Below, piece after piece: positions 43,798-56,011 of a stretch of 64,000 nt of DNA. Location of the stretch: contig JBEQUE010000231.1 of the NCBI GenBank assembly GCA_040349255.1, positions 34,641 to 98,640 on the forward strand, given 5' to 3'. Position 1 is the stretch's first letter; the number at the start of each line of letters is the position of its first letter. The stretch is from Acidobacteriota bacterium. Its GTDB lineage: Bacteria; Acidobacteriota; Thermoanaerobaculia; Multivoradales; UBA5704. The translations under genes were made by a program, and so were the position numbers. Under the pieces are notes generated by a model that saw only the letters and a list, made by a program, of their open reading frames with translations, was not told the origin of the DNA and ran no database searches.

Positions 43798-46198
43798 CGG
43801 GCGGCCGGTCCGCCTTCTGATTTTCTCGACGGTGTTCCCGAACGCCGCCCAGCCGCACCACGGGATCTTCGTGCGCGAGCGGATGCGCGGCCTGCCGGAG
43901 GACGTCGAGGTCCGCGTCGTGGCGCCCGCGCCATGGTTCCCGTTCGTCTCCGGCCTGCGTCCGGGCTTCCGCCCTGACGTCCCGAAGGAGGAGGTTCAGG
44001 ACGGCATCCGCGTCCTTCATCCCCGCTTCCTTTCCATTCCCGGCTTCGGCAAGAGCCTGGACGGTCTCTTTCTCTTCCTGGGCTCGCTGCCGGCGCTGAT
44101 CCGCCTGCGCCGGGATTTCCGGTTCGATGCGATCGACGCGCATTTCGTCTACCCGGAGGGGCTGGCAGCGGTCCTGCTCGGAAAGGTTTTCAAGAGGCCG
44201 GTACTGATCACGCTGCGCGGCATGCTGCCGCTCCTGGCGCCTTACCGACTGCGCCGGCCGCAGCTCCGTTTCGCCCTGCGCGGCGCGGCGCGGATCGTCG
44301 CGGTCTCCGGCTCGCTCAAGGAGGACGCGGTGCGGCTCGGCGTGGATCCCGGCCGTGTGCGGGTGATCGAGAACGGGATCGATCCCGAGCTGTTCCGCCC
44401 GCTCGATCGCAACGAGGCGCGCCGCTCGCTGGGCCTGCCGGAGGACGGTCCGCTCCTGGTCTCGGTCGGTACGCTCTCGCCGAGAAAGGGTTTCCATCTG
44501 GTGATGGAGGCCATGGCCAAGCTCCGTCCGGACGTGCGTTTCGCGGTCGTCGGCGGCGACGGCGCGGAAGGAGCCATGGAGGCGGAGCTGCGTGCGCTCG
44601 CGGCCCGGCTCGGTCTTCAGGACCGCGTGAACTTCGCGGGGCCGCGGGGCCGCGGCGAGCTGGCCGCCTGGTACAGCGCCGCCGACGTCTTCGTGCTGGC
44701 GAGCGGCCACGAAGGCTGCCCGAACGTGGTTCTTGAGGCCCTGGCCTGCGGCACGCCGGTGGTGGCGACGCCGGTCGGCAACGTGGCCGAGCTGGTGACG
44801 CCGGACGTGGGCATCGTGGCCGAACGAAAGGTTTCCGAGTTGGCGGGAGCGATCGGGCAGGCGCTCTCCCGCGGCTGGAATCGCGAGGCGATCCGGGCGC
44901 GCATCGAGCCGCGGACCTGGAAGGCTGTGGGGCGGGAGGTGATGGAGGAGGTCCGGGCGGTGAGGGGCTCGAGGATCCTCTACCACCACCGCACCCGCGC
45001 CGGCGACGCCCAGGGCATCCACATCGCGGAGATGCAGCGCGCCTTCCGCGACCGCGGCCACGAGGTGACCGAGGTGGCGCTGGTCGAGGCCGGCGCCGAG
45101 GCGCGGGCGGACGAGAAGGGCGGCTCCGCGCGCGGGCTGGCCGGCTTCGCGTCGCGCCTGGCCGGGGCGTTGCCGCTGCCCGCGAAGGAGATCCTGGAGC
45201 TCGGCTACAACCTCGTGGCCTATCGCCGGCTGTCCAAGGCCATCCGCCGGCTCCGTCCCGACTTCCTCTACGAGCGTTACTCCGCCAACACCTTCGCCGG
45301 CCTCGCCGCGGCGCGCCGCCACGGCGTGCCGTTCGTGCTGGAGGTCAACTCGCCGCTCGCGCTCGAAAAGACCGAGCACGACGGACTTTTTTTCAAGCGC
45401 CTCACCCGGTTCGTGGAGCGCCGGCTGTGCAGCGGAGCCGACGTCACGATCGCGGTGACGCGCGTTCTGGCCGGCATCCTGGAGGACGAAGGGGTGCCGC
45501 CGGGCAAGGTCGTGGTCATGCCGAACGGCGTGCGCCGCGAGTTCGGGGCCGGCGCGGACCGGGAGGGATTCCGCCGCAGGCTGGGCATTCCGCCGGACGC
45601 CGTGGTCGCCGGCTTCGTCGGCTGGTTCCGCGCCTGGCACGGCCTGGAGCGCCTGCTGGAAGCCGCGGCCAGCCCCGAGTGGCGAGCAGCCAGCGTCCAT
45701 CTCGTCCTCGCCGGAGACGGCCCGGCCATGCCGACCTTGCGGACGATGCGTGCCGAGCTGGGACTGGAGGACCGGGTCCACCTCTGCGGCGCGGTGCCGC
45801 GGGGCGAGGTGGAGTCGGCGCTGGCGGCGTTCGACGTCGCGGTCCAGCCGGCGGTCACGTCGTACGCGTGTCCGATGAAGGTCATCGAATACATGGCGGC
45901 CGGCCTGGCGATCGTCGCTCCCGGCTCGGACAACGTGCGCGAGCTGCTCGACGATGGAGAGACCGCCCTGCTCTGCCCGGGCGGGGCCAATCCGTCCCGG
46001 GAGGATCTGAGAGACGGCGTGCTCCGGCTGGCCCGCGATCCGGAGCTGCGCCGGCGACTCGGCGCGGCGGCCCGGCGGGCGCTCCTGGAGCGCGGCTATC
46101 TGTGGGAGGAGAACGCGCGCCGCGTCGAGGAGCTGGTGGCACGGATCAAGCAAAGACAGGGGGCCGTGGTCCCTCTTGGAGAGGTGGAATCTTGCTGA
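43781..46198 (+). CDS. Fused tandem GT4-GT4 glycosyltransferase (805 aa)
   Basis: Two complete GT4 units (EGCPNVVLEALA; ACPMKVIEYMAAG) in one frame; internal GGAGGAGG plus GTG at 44960. Confidence 0.8.
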   Translation: MPSASDGRPVRLLIFSTVFPNAAQPHHGIFVRERMRGLPEDVEVRVVAPAPWFPFVSGLRPGFRPDVPKEEVQDGIRVLHPRFLSIPGFGKSLDGLFLFLGSLPALIRLRRDFRFDAIDAHFVYPEGLAAVLLGKVFKRPVLITLRGMLPLLAPYRLRRPQLRFALRGAARIVAVSGSLKEDAVRLGVDPGRVRVIENGIDPELFRPLDRNEARRSLGLPEDGPLLVSVGTLSPRKGFHLVMEAMAKLRPDVRFAVVGGDGAEGAMEAELRALAARLGLQDRVNFAGPRGRGELAAWYSAADVFVLASGHEGCPNVVLEALACGTPVVATPVGNVAELVTPDVGIVAERKVSELAGAIGQALSRGWNREAIRARIEPRTWKAVGREVMEEVRAVRGSRILYHHRTRAGDAQGIHIAEMQRAFRDRGHEVTEVALVEAGAEARADEKGGSARGLAGFASRLAGALPLPAKEILELGYNLVAYRRLSKAIRRLRPDFLYERYSANTFAGLAAARRHGVPFVLEVNSPLALEKTEHDGLFFKRLTRFVERRLCSGADVTIAVTRVLAGILEDEGVPPGKVVVMPNGVRREFGAGADREGFRRRLGIPPDAVVAGFVGWFRAWHGLERLLEAAASPEWRAASVHLVLAGDGPAMPTLRTMRAELGLEDRVHLCGAVPRGEVESALAAFDVAVQPAVTSYACPMKVIEYMAAGLAIVAPGSDNVRELLDDGETALLCPGGANPSREDLRDGVLRLARDPELRRRLGAAARRALLERGYLWEENARRVEELVARIKQRQGAVVPLGEVESC

Positions 46199-47022
46199 AC
46201 GCGTTTTCGGTCGACGTCGAGGATTACTTCCAGGTAGGCGCTTTCGAGCAGGCCTGTCCGCGCGACCGCTGGAGCCAGTACGAGCCCCGGGTGGAGCGCA
46301 ACACGCGCCGGCTCCTCGATCTGTGCGCGAAGCATGGAGTGAAAGGAACCTTTTTCACGCTCGGCTGGGTCGCCGAGCGCTGGCCCGGGCTGGTGCGGGA
46401 CATCCGCGCGGCCGGCCACGAGCTGGGCACCCACGGCCAGGACCATCGCCGGGTCACCACCCTGACGCCGGCGGAGTTCCGCGAGGACATCCGCCGCTCT
46501 AAAAACACCATCGAGGACGCCTCCGGCGCCGAGGTCATCGGCTACCGCGCGCCGAGCTACTCGATCGTGCGCGAGACCCTGTGGGCCATGGACATCCTGC
46601 TCGAAGAGGGCTTTCGCTACGATTCGAGCGTCTTCCCGATCCATCACGACCACTACGGCATCCCGGACTTCCCGCGCTTCCCGCGGCCGGTGCAGGGCTC
46701 GAACGGCTCGGCGCTCCAGGAGTTCCCGATCTCCACGGTGCGCTTCGCGGGCCTGAACCTGCCGTTCGTCGGAGGCGGCTACCTGCGGCACTTCCCTCTG
46801 TCGTTCATCCGCTGGGGCATGAAGCGCCTGAACGCTTTCGAACGGCGGCCGGCGATCGTCTACATCCATCCCTGGGAGATCGATCCGGAGCAGCCGCGGC
46901 AGCCGGTGCGCTGGCTCACCCGCATCCGCCACTATCGCAACCTGGAGCGGACCGAGGACCGGCTGAAGAGGCTGTTCTCCGAGTACGCCTTCACCTCGTG
47001 CCGCGAGGTCCTGGGCCTGTGA
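46192..47022 (+). CDS. Polysaccharide deacetylase with DUF3473 (TIGR03006-like)
   Basis: FSVDVEDYFQV, HELGTHGQDH, GYRAPSYS and YIHPWEID motifs; TTG start. Confidence 0.9.
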   Translation: MLNAFSVDVEDYFQVGAFEQACPRDRWSQYEPRVERNTRRLLDLCAKHGVKGTFFTLGWVAERWPGLVRDIRAAGHELGTHGQDHRRVTTLTPAEFREDIRRSKNTIEDASGAEVIGYRAPSYSIVRETLWAMDILLEEGFRYDSSVFPIHHDHYGIPDFPRFPRPVQGSNGSALQEFPISTVRFAGLNLPFVGGGYLRHFPLSFIRWGMKRLNAFERRPAIVYIHPWEIDPEQPRQPVRWLTRIRHYRNLERTEDRLKRLFSEYAFTSCREVLGL

Positions 47023-48095
47023 GCGCGGAGCCCCTGGTCCGGACCGTCCTGGCCGCGCCGCGGCCGCTCGTGGTGGAGACCCTGGAACCGGCCTTCGAGG
47101 CGAAGTGGGACCGGTACGTCCGCCAGACCCCCGGCTCCACCTTCTTCCACCAGCTCGGCTGGCGCTGGCTGGTCGAGCGGGTCTTCGGGCACCGCGCCCA
47201 CTACCTCCTGGCCCGACAGGGCGAGGAGATCGCCGGCGTGCTGCCGATGTTCGAGCTGAAAAGCCGGCTCTTCGGCCACTCGCTGGTCTCGATCCCGTTC
47301 GCGATCGGCGGCGGCATTGTCGCCGACGACGAGGACGCCGAGCGGCTCCTGCTCGACGAAGCGCGCAGGCTCGCCGAGGAGCGCGGCGTCGACTACCTGG
47401 AGCTGCGGTCGGAAAAGCCTGTTGCGGACGACCTGCCGACCAAGGACCTCTACGTCACCTTCCGCGCCGATCTGGCGGAAGGCGAGGACGCGCTCCTCCG
47501 GCGGATGGACCGCAAACGCCGGCAGATGATGACCTATGTTTCGAAAGCCGGCTTCGAGCACCGGACCGCGGGCATCGAGGAGCTGCCGCTGTTCTACGAC
47601 CTCTTCTGCCAGAGCATGCGGCACCACGGCACGCCGGTCTATCCGCGCCTCTTCCTGCGCGAGATCCTGGACCGCCATCCCGCCGATACAAACCTTTTCT
47701 TCGTTCATCACGAAGGCCGGCCCGTGGCGGGCGTGCTCAACCTGATGTGGCAGGGCGTGATCATGCCGTTCTACGCCGGCGCGGACCGCAGCGTCCGGCC
47801 GCGCGGCGTGGACGACTACCTCTACCTTTCGATCCTGCGCTGGGGCCGGGAGCACGGCTTCCACACCTTCGACTTCGGCCGCAGCAAGCGCGGCACGGGC
47901 GCGCACGCGTTCAAGGCCCGCTGGGGCATGGAAGAGATCCCGCTCGCCTACCAGTACCACCTGGTCAAGGCGCGCGAGCTGCCGAACGTCAGCCCGGCGA
48001 ATCCGAAATACCAGGCCCTGATCCGGGTGTGGCAGAAGCTGCCGCTGCCAGTCACCCGCCTCGTCGGCCCCAGGATCATCGGGCGGATCCCATGA
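47019..48095 (+). CDS. FemAB-like GNAT protein (TIGR03019-like)
   Basis: STFFHQLGW, SLVSIPFA..GG and FDFGRSKRGTG motifs. Confidence 0.85.
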   Translation: MSAEPLVRTVLAAPRPLVVETLEPAFEAKWDRYVRQTPGSTFFHQLGWRWLVERVFGHRAHYLLARQGEEIAGVLPMFELKSRLFGHSLVSIPFAIGGGIVADDEDAERLLLDEARRLAEERGVDYLELRSEKPVADDLPTKDLYVTFRADLAEGEDALLRRMDRKRRQMMTYVSKAGFEHRTAGIEELPLFYDLFCQSMRHHGTPVYPRLFLREILDRHPADTNLFFVHHEGRPVAGVLNLMWQGVIMPFYAGADRSVRPRGVDDYLYLSILRWGREHGFHTFDFGRSKRGTGAHAFKARWGMEEIPLAYQYHLVKARELPNVSPANPKYQALIRVWQKLPLPVTRLVGPRIIGRIP

Positions 48096-49060
48096 ACCTT
48101 TCCATCGTGATCCCCCTCTACAACGAGGAGGAGAGCGTGGACGCCCTCCATGCCGAGGTCACGGCCGCGGCCGGGCGCCTGGACCGCGAGTACGAGCTGA
48201 TCCTGGTGGACGACGGGAGCCGCGATCGCACGGCCGAAAAGCTGCGCGCGATCTGCGCCCGCGATCCGCGCGTGAAGGTCGTCCGCTTCCGGCGCAACTA
48301 CGGGCAGAGCGCGGCGCTCCAGGCCGGGTTTGATCAGGCGCGCGGGCAGGTCGTGATCACGCTCGACGGCGACCTCCAGAACGATCCGAACGATTTCGGC
48401 CTGCTGCTGCGGCACATCGACGAAGGGTACGACGTCGTGTGCGGCTGGCGCCGGAACCGGCAGGACAGGATGATCAGCCGCCGGCTGCCGTCGATGGCCG
48501 CGAACTGGCTGATCGGCCGGCTGACCGGAACGCCGATCCATGACAACGGCTGCACGCTCAAGGCGTACCGGCTCGAAGTGGTGCGCAAGGCGAGCCTCTA
48601 CGCCGAGATGCACCGCTTTCTCGCGCCCATGATGTCGCTGTGCGGCTCGCGCACCCGGGAGGTCGTGGTCCACCACCGGGCGCGGCGGTTCGGCGTCAGC
48701 AAGTATGGCCTCTCGCGCATCTGGAAGGTTTTCCTCGACCTGCTCACGATCAAGATGCTGCTCGGCTTCACCACGCGGCCGGCGAGATGGTTCGCGCTTC
48801 TGAGCCTTCCTTTTCTTGCGGGCACGCTGCTCGCATTCGCCACCAGCGTGTACATCCATTTCGCCTGGACGCCCCGGAACGGGTATCCGCTGGTCTTTCC
48901 CTCGGCGACCCTCCTCTTCGCCTTCGCCTTCGCGCACCTGATCGTGCTCGGTTTCCTGGCCGAGCTGATCGTCAAGGTGGGCGATTTCAAGGAGTCCGAG
49001 GCCGTTCTCGCCACGGTCGAAACCGGAGGTCCTCATGCGGATCGCCAGACTGCGCGGTGA
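48092..49060 (+). CDS. GT2 polyprenyl-phosphate glycosyltransferase
   Basis: IVIPLYNEE, VDDGSRD, TLDGDLQNDP and HRF motifs; two C-terminal TMs. Confidence 0.9.
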   Translation: MNLSIVIPLYNEEESVDALHAEVTAAAGRLDREYELILVDDGSRDRTAEKLRAICARDPRVKVVRFRRNYGQSAALQAGFDQARGQVVITLDGDLQNDPNDFGLLLRHIDEGYDVVCGWRRNRQDRMISRRLPSMAANWLIGRLTGTPIHDNGCTLKAYRLEVVRKASLYAEMHRFLAPMMSLCGSRTREVVVHHRARRFGVSKYGLSRIWKVFLDLLTIKMLLGFTTRPARWFALLSLPFLAGTLLAFATSVYIHFAWTPRNGYPLVFPSATLLFAFAFAHLIVLGFLAELIVKVGDFKESEAVLATVETGGPHADRQTAR

Positions 49061-50075
49061 GCCCGAGGTCTCCGTCGTGATTCCCGTCGTGGAGCGGTAC
49101 GGCGATCTGCGCCAGCTTTACGAAGAGTTCGCGGCCGAGCTCGAGAGGCTGGGCAGGCCGGCCGAGTTCCTGTTCGTCGTGGACGACAGCCAGCGCGGGG
49201 CGCTTCCGGTGCTCCGAGCGCTGCAGGAGGAGTCCGCGGGCGAGATCCTGATCGTGACGATGGGCGGAGCGTTCGGCGAGTCGGCGGCCCTCACCCTGGG
49301 GATGGAGAAGGCGCGCGGCGAGACGATCCTCACGCTCGCCTCGTACTTCCAGGTCGATCCGCGCGGCCTGGCCGGCGCCTTCGACGCGCTCGAACGGCTC
49401 GACGGCGGCGCGGACCTCGTGGTCGGCCGGCGGCATCCGCGCATCGACTCGACGTTCAACCGCCTCCAGTCGCGGCTCTTCCATTCGGTCGTGAGCCGCC
49501 TGACCGGCACCCGCTTCCACGACATCAGTTGCGGCTTCAAGCTGATGCGGCGGCGGGTGGCGCGCGAGCTCAATCTCTACGGCGGCCTGCACCGTTTCGT
49601 TCCGCTTCTCGCGCTGAGCCGCGGCTTCACGGTCAAGGAAATTCCGCTCCGGCAGCGCGACGAGGACCGGGGCACCCGGTATCACGGCACCGGCGCCTAC
49701 CTGGGACGGATGCTCGACATCCTCACCGTTTTCTTCCTGACCCGCTTCACGCGCACGCCGCTGCGCTTCTTCGGCCTGCTGGGAACGGCGCTGTTCTTCC
49801 TCGGTTTCGGGATCGATCTGATCGCGGTGGTCCAGCGCGCGGTGGCCGATCAGGGGCTGGCGGACCGGCCGATCCTGCTCCTCGGAGTCCTGCTGATGGT
49901 GCTCGGCGTGCAGACGCTCTCGCTCGGCCTGATCGGCGAGATCATCATCTTCACGCACGCCCGCAACATCCGGGAGTACCGGGTCGCCGAGGTCATCCGC
50001 GGCGCCGGCGGACACCGACCGCGAGAGGTGCCGCAGCCGGAAGCGGAAAGCAAGAAGGCCGCGACGGCGTCCTGA
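49035..50075 (+). CDS. GT2 paralog with degenerate catalytic motifs
   Basis: Same architecture as the neighbouring GT2, but the DxD position reads ASY (TLASYFQVDP). Confidence 0.8.
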   Translation: MRIARLRGEPEVSVVIPVVERYGDLRQLYEEFAAELERLGRPAEFLFVVDDSQRGALPVLRALQEESAGEILIVTMGGAFGESAALTLGMEKARGETILTLASYFQVDPRGLAGAFDALERLDGGADLVVGRRHPRIDSTFNRLQSRLFHSVVSRLTGTRFHDISCGFKLMRRRVARELNLYGGLHRFVPLLALSRGFTVKEIPLRQRDEDRGTRYHGTGAYLGRMLDILTVFFLTRFTRTPLRFFGLLGTALFFLGFGIDLIAVVQRAVADQGLADRPILLLGVLLMVLGVQTLSLGLIGEIIIFTHARNIREYRVAEVIRGAGGHRPREVPQPEAESKKAATAS

Positions 50076-50090
50076 GAGGAATCGATCACG

Positions 50091-52058
<1,968 letters not shown>

Positions 52059-52069
52059 GCGGGAGCGGT

Positions 52070-52951
52070 ATGAAGCGCGCGAAGACGATCCTGCGGGTGG
52101 CCGTTTCCGCCGCGCTCGTCGCCTGGGTGCTGCACCGCGCTCCGCTCGGCGAGGTGAAGGACGCCTTCCGCTCCGCGGACCTCCGTTTCGTCCTGCTCGC
52201 CCTGGCCCTCGTCCCGCTCGGCTATTGGGCGAGCGTCTCGCGCTGGAAGCTGCTGATCCGCAGCCAGGGCGGCGACGCGCCGTTCGGTTTCCTCGTCCGC
52301 TCGTTCCTGGTCGGGGTGTTCTTCAACAACCTCCTGCCTTCGACGATCGGCGGCGACGCGGTGCGGGCGATCGACACCGCGCGCTCGGGAGTGGGGCGGG
52401 CAACGGCGGTGGCGGTCGTCGTCGTGGACCGCTTCGTGGGCCTCCTGGCCCTGATGCTCTTCGCGAGCGTCGGCCTCCTGTTCTCCGGCCGCCTGACCGA
52501 CCGCGTGCCCGCTCTCTACGGCTGGTTGGCGGGCGGCGCGGCTGTCCTCGTCGTCATAGCCGCGATCCTCTTCCTGCCCTCGCGGCTCAGCCTTTCCTTC
52601 CAGGGCAAGGGGCTCCTGCTGGCGAAGGCATTCGCGTACTCGCTGGCGCTCCAGACGCTCGTCGTCCTGAACGGCTGGCTGCTGGCGAAGGCGCTCCACG
52701 TGCCGATCGCGCTGCCGGACTTCTTCGTGATCGTCCCGCTCGCCGTCTTCGTCATGATGGTGCCGATCTCGATCAACGCCATCGGAGTCCGAGAGAACGT
52801 GTGGGCCTTCTTCTTCGCGGCCTTCGGAGTGGCAGCCTCGAAGGCGGTCGCGCTGGCCTGGCTCGACTACGGTCTCGTTCTCCTGCAGGCCTTGGTTGGA
52901 GGGGTCTGCTATCTGTTGCCCGAAGAGCGCGCGCTGGGGGTGACGCCATGA
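52070..52951 (+). CDS. UPF0104 / lysylphosphatidylglycerol-synthase-TM (flippase-like) membrane protein
   Basis: FFNNLLPSTIGGDAVR and PISINAIGVRE motifs. Confidence 0.8.
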   Translation: MKRAKTILRVAVSAALVAWVLHRAPLGEVKDAFRSADLRFVLLALALVPLGYWASVSRWKLLIRSQGGDAPFGFLVRSFLVGVFFNNLLPSTIGGDAVRAIDTARSGVGRATAVAVVVVDRFVGLLALMLFASVGLLFSGRLTDRVPALYGWLAGGAAVLVVIAAILFLPSRLSLSFQGKGLLLAKAFAYSLALQTLVVLNGWLLAKALHVPIALPDFFVIVPLAVFVMMVPISINAIGVRENVWAFFFAAFGVAASKAVALAWLDYGLVLLQALVGGVCYLLPEERALGVTP

Positions 52952-54156
52952 AGATCCTCCTCCTCGCGCCGCACCCGTTCTTCCAGCAACGCGGCACGCC
53001 GATCGCGGAGCGCAGGCTCCTGGAGGTGCTGGCCGGCCACGGGCACGAGATCGACGTCCTCACCTTTCCGGAAGGCGAGGACGTCCGGATCCCCGGCTGC
53101 CGGCTCTACCGCATCCCGGCGCTCCCGTTCACGCAAGGCGTCCGGCCGGGCTTCTCGCTCAGGAAGCTGGCGAGCGACGCGGTGCTCCTCCTGGCCTGCC
53201 TGCGCCGGGTGCGCGGCGGCCGGTACGACCTGATTCACGCGGTCGAGGAGTCGGCCTTCATCGCGCTCGCCGCGCGCTGGCTCTTCGGCGTGCCGTACGT
53301 CTACGACATGGACTCCGGGCTGGCCCGGCAGATGATCGACAGGTTCCCGTTCCTGCGCCGCGCGCGCCGCCTCCTGGAAGGATTCGAAAAGGCCGCCGTG
53401 CGCGGCAGCGTCGGGACCCTGGCGGTCTGCTGTTCGCTGGAGGACCAGGCCCGCGCCTGGCATCCGGACGGTCTCGTGGCCTGCGTCGAGGACGCCAGCC
53501 TGCTGACCGGCCAGGAAGCCGAGGCCGACGATCTGCCGGACGGAGACGGCCCGATCGCCATGTACGTCGGCAACCTCGAGCGCTACCAGGGCATCGACCT
53601 CCTCCTGGAGGCGTTCCGCCACACCGTGGCCGAGCTGCCCGGGGCGAGGCTGGTGGTGATCGGAGGAGACGGCGAATCGATCGCCCGCTACCGGCGCCGC
53701 TGCGAGGAGAGGAAGATGACCGGGAGCGTTTTTTTCCTGGGGCCGCGGCCGGTCGAGCGCCTGGGTGCTTACTTGAAGGGCGCCACGGTGCTGGTATCGC
53801 CGCGAATTCAAGGCGAAAATACGCCCATGAAGGTCTACTCCTACCTGGACTCGGGCCGGCCGGTGCTCGCCACGCGGCTGCCCACCCACACCCAGGTGCT
53901 GACCGACGACGTCGCCCGGCTGGCCGAGCCCGAGCCGGAGCCGCTGGGGCGGGCGCTGGCCGGGCTGCTGCGCGACCGCGGGCTGCGGGAGAGGCTGGCC
54001 GCGGCGGCGCGCGACCTCGCGCAGAGGGAGCTCACGCCGCAGGCCTTCGAGAGGAAGCTGCTTCGTTTCTACGATGCGATCGGGGAGAGGATCCGAGAGG
54101 AGAGACGGGATGGACAGACCGCGGGATTCCAGGCTGGACATCAAGGCCATCGCTGA
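52948..54156 (+). CDS. GT4 glycosyltransferase
   Basis: APHPFFQQRGTPI, YVGNLERYQGIDLL and NTPMKVYSYL motifs. Confidence 0.88.
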   Translation: MKILLLAPHPFFQQRGTPIAERRLLEVLAGHGHEIDVLTFPEGEDVRIPGCRLYRIPALPFTQGVRPGFSLRKLASDAVLLLACLRRVRGGRYDLIHAVEESAFIALAARWLFGVPYVYDMDSGLARQMIDRFPFLRRARRLLEGFEKAAVRGSVGTLAVCCSLEDQARAWHPDGLVACVEDASLLTGQEAEADDLPDGDGPIAMYVGNLERYQGIDLLLEAFRHTVAELPGARLVVIGGDGESIARYRRRCEERKMTGSVFFLGPRPVERLGAYLKGATVLVSPRIQGENTPMKVYSYLDSGRPVLATRLPTHTQVLTDDVARLAEPEPEPLGRALAGLLRDRGLRERLAAAARDLAQRELTPQAFERKLLRFYDAIGERIREERRDGQTAGFQAGHQGHR

Positions 54157-56011
54157 CGCGATCGGCGCGGGGCGCGCGAACCCGGGCGCGGCGCTCGCTG
54201 CGCTCGCAGGGATGGACCCGGAAAAGCTCTGCGCCAACGACTACAGCCTGCTCTCCCGGGCGCTGCAGGCGCGGCCCGGCGAGCCGGATGTGAAAGTGGC
54301 CTGCCTCGGCAACTTCACGCTCGACCTGCTGCCGCGCTACATCGACGTGAGCTGCGCCCGGGAAGGCCTGCGGTCATCCTGCTACGTCGGGAAATTCGGC
54401 CAGTACGTCCAGGAAGTGCTCGACGACGCCTCGCCGCTCGTCGAATTCCAGCCGGACTTCGTCGTCCTGGCCCTCTCGCTGCGCCTGCTCCAGCCGGACC
54501 GCATGGCCGCCTTGAGCTCGCTGTCCGCCGAAGAGCGCCGGGCCTTCCGGGAAGAAGTCGTCGCGCACCTGGAATCCTGGGCGGAGAGCGCCGTGAGGCG
54601 GCTGCCGGCGACCGTGCTGATCGGCAACTTCCCGGCGCCCGCCTGGCCGCTCGCCGGCGTGGCCGACGCGAAGGACGACTACGGCGAGGCCGAGCTCTAC
54701 CTGGAGCTGAACCTGGAGCTGCTGCGGCGCTTCAAGGGCAACCCGCGCGTGCGGCTGTTCGACCTGGAGCGCCTCGCCTCGCGCTACGGCAAGGACCGCA
54801 TCCTCGATCCCAAGATGTACTACCTGGCCAAGATGGAGTGGAGCCCGGGCTTCCTGCCGCTGGTGGCGGGCGAGCTGGTGCGCCACGTGAAGGCCGTGCG
54901 CGGGCTCGGCAGGAAGTGCCTGGTCCTCGACCTCGACGGCACGCTCTGGGGCGGCGTCTGCGGCGAGGAAGGTCCGGACGGCGTCAAGTGCGGCCCCGGG
55001 GACCCGGAGTCGGAGGCCTTCCTGGAATTCCAGCACCGGCTCAAGGCGCTCCGCGACCGCGGCATCCTGCTCGCGATCTGCAGCAAGAACAACCGGGCGG
55101 ACGTGGCGGAGGTCTTCGAGAGCCGCCCGGAGATGCCGCTGCGGCTGACCGACTTCGCGGCCGAGGAGATCGGCTGGGAGCCCAAGCACGAGGGGCTGCG
55201 CAAGATCGCGGCGGCGCTCAACCTCGGCGCCGACAGCCTGGTCTTCCTGGACGACAACCCGGCCGAGGTGAGCCTGGTGCAGCAGATGATGCCCGAGGTC
55301 AAGGCCGTGCTCCTGCCGCCGGACCCGGCCGACTTCGCGGCCCTGCTGGAGCGCATGGACGACTTCGAGAAGCCCCGCATCCTGGAGGAGGATCGCCGCA
55401 AGACCGACCACTACCGGGAGAACCGGCAGCGCCAGGAGCTGCAGGCGGCCACGGGCGACCTTCTCCAATACCTCGCGAGCCTGCGCACCGAGCTGGAGAT
55501 CCGGCTGGCGCGCCAGGAAGACCTGGAGCGGGTCCACCAGCTCTTCACGAAAACCAATCAATTCAACCTGACCACGGAGCGCTACTCGCAGGCCGAGGTC
55601 GAGCGCTTCGCCACCTCGCCGGCCTGCGAGCTGTGGGTGGCGCGGGCGCGGGACCGCTTCGGGGACCTGGGCACGATCGGCGTGGTGCTGCTCAAGAAAG
55701 TCGGGCGGATGGCGACGATCGACAGCTTCCTGATGAGCTGCCGCGCGATGGGCCGCGGGATCGAGACCGCGATCCTGAACCACATCAAGCACCGGCTGAT
55801 GGAGGACAGGAGCGGCCTGGAGCTGCGCGGGCGCTACCTGCCGACGCCGAAGAACACTCCGGTGGAAACGTTCTACGAGCAGCAGGGCTTCCGGCTCCTC
55901 GAAAGCTCGCCGTCCGGAGAGAAGCTCTACGGGCTGAGGCGGGACGAGGTGCGGCTCGGGCGCTGCGACTGGATCCGGGTGGTGCACGATGAGCTGGTCG
56001 GAAGTCGATAG
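54110..56011 (+). CDS. FkbH-like HAD-IIIC glyceryl transferase/phosphatase
   Basis: LVLDLDGTLWGG, CSKNN, FLDDNP, KTNQFNLTT and FLMSCRAMGR motifs. Confidence 0.9.
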   Translation: MDRPRDSRLDIKAIADAIGAGRANPGAALAALAGMDPEKLCANDYSLLSRALQARPGEPDVKVACLGNFTLDLLPRYIDVSCAREGLRSSCYVGKFGQYVQEVLDDASPLVEFQPDFVVLALSLRLLQPDRMAALSSLSAEERRAFREEVVAHLESWAESAVRRLPATVLIGNFPAPAWPLAGVADAKDDYGEAELYLELNLELLRRFKGNPRVRLFDLERLASRYGKDRILDPKMYYLAKMEWSPGFLPLVAGELVRHVKAVRGLGRKCLVLDLDGTLWGGVCGEEGPDGVKCGPGDPESEAFLEFQHRLKALRDRGILLAICSKNNRADVAEVFESRPEMPLRLTDFAAEEIGWEPKHEGLRKIAAALNLGADSLVFLDDNPAEVSLVQQMMPEVKAVLLPPDPADFAALLERMDDFEKPRILEEDRRKTDHYRENRQRQELQAATGDLLQYLASLRTELEIRLARQEDLERVHQLFTKTNQFNLTTERYSQAEVERFATSPACELWVARARDRFGDLGTIGVVLLKKVGRMATIDSFLMSCRAMGRGIETAILNHIKHRLMEDRSGLELRGRYLPTPKNTPVETFYEQQGFRLLESSPSGEKLYGLRRDEVRLGRCDWIRVVHDELVGSR

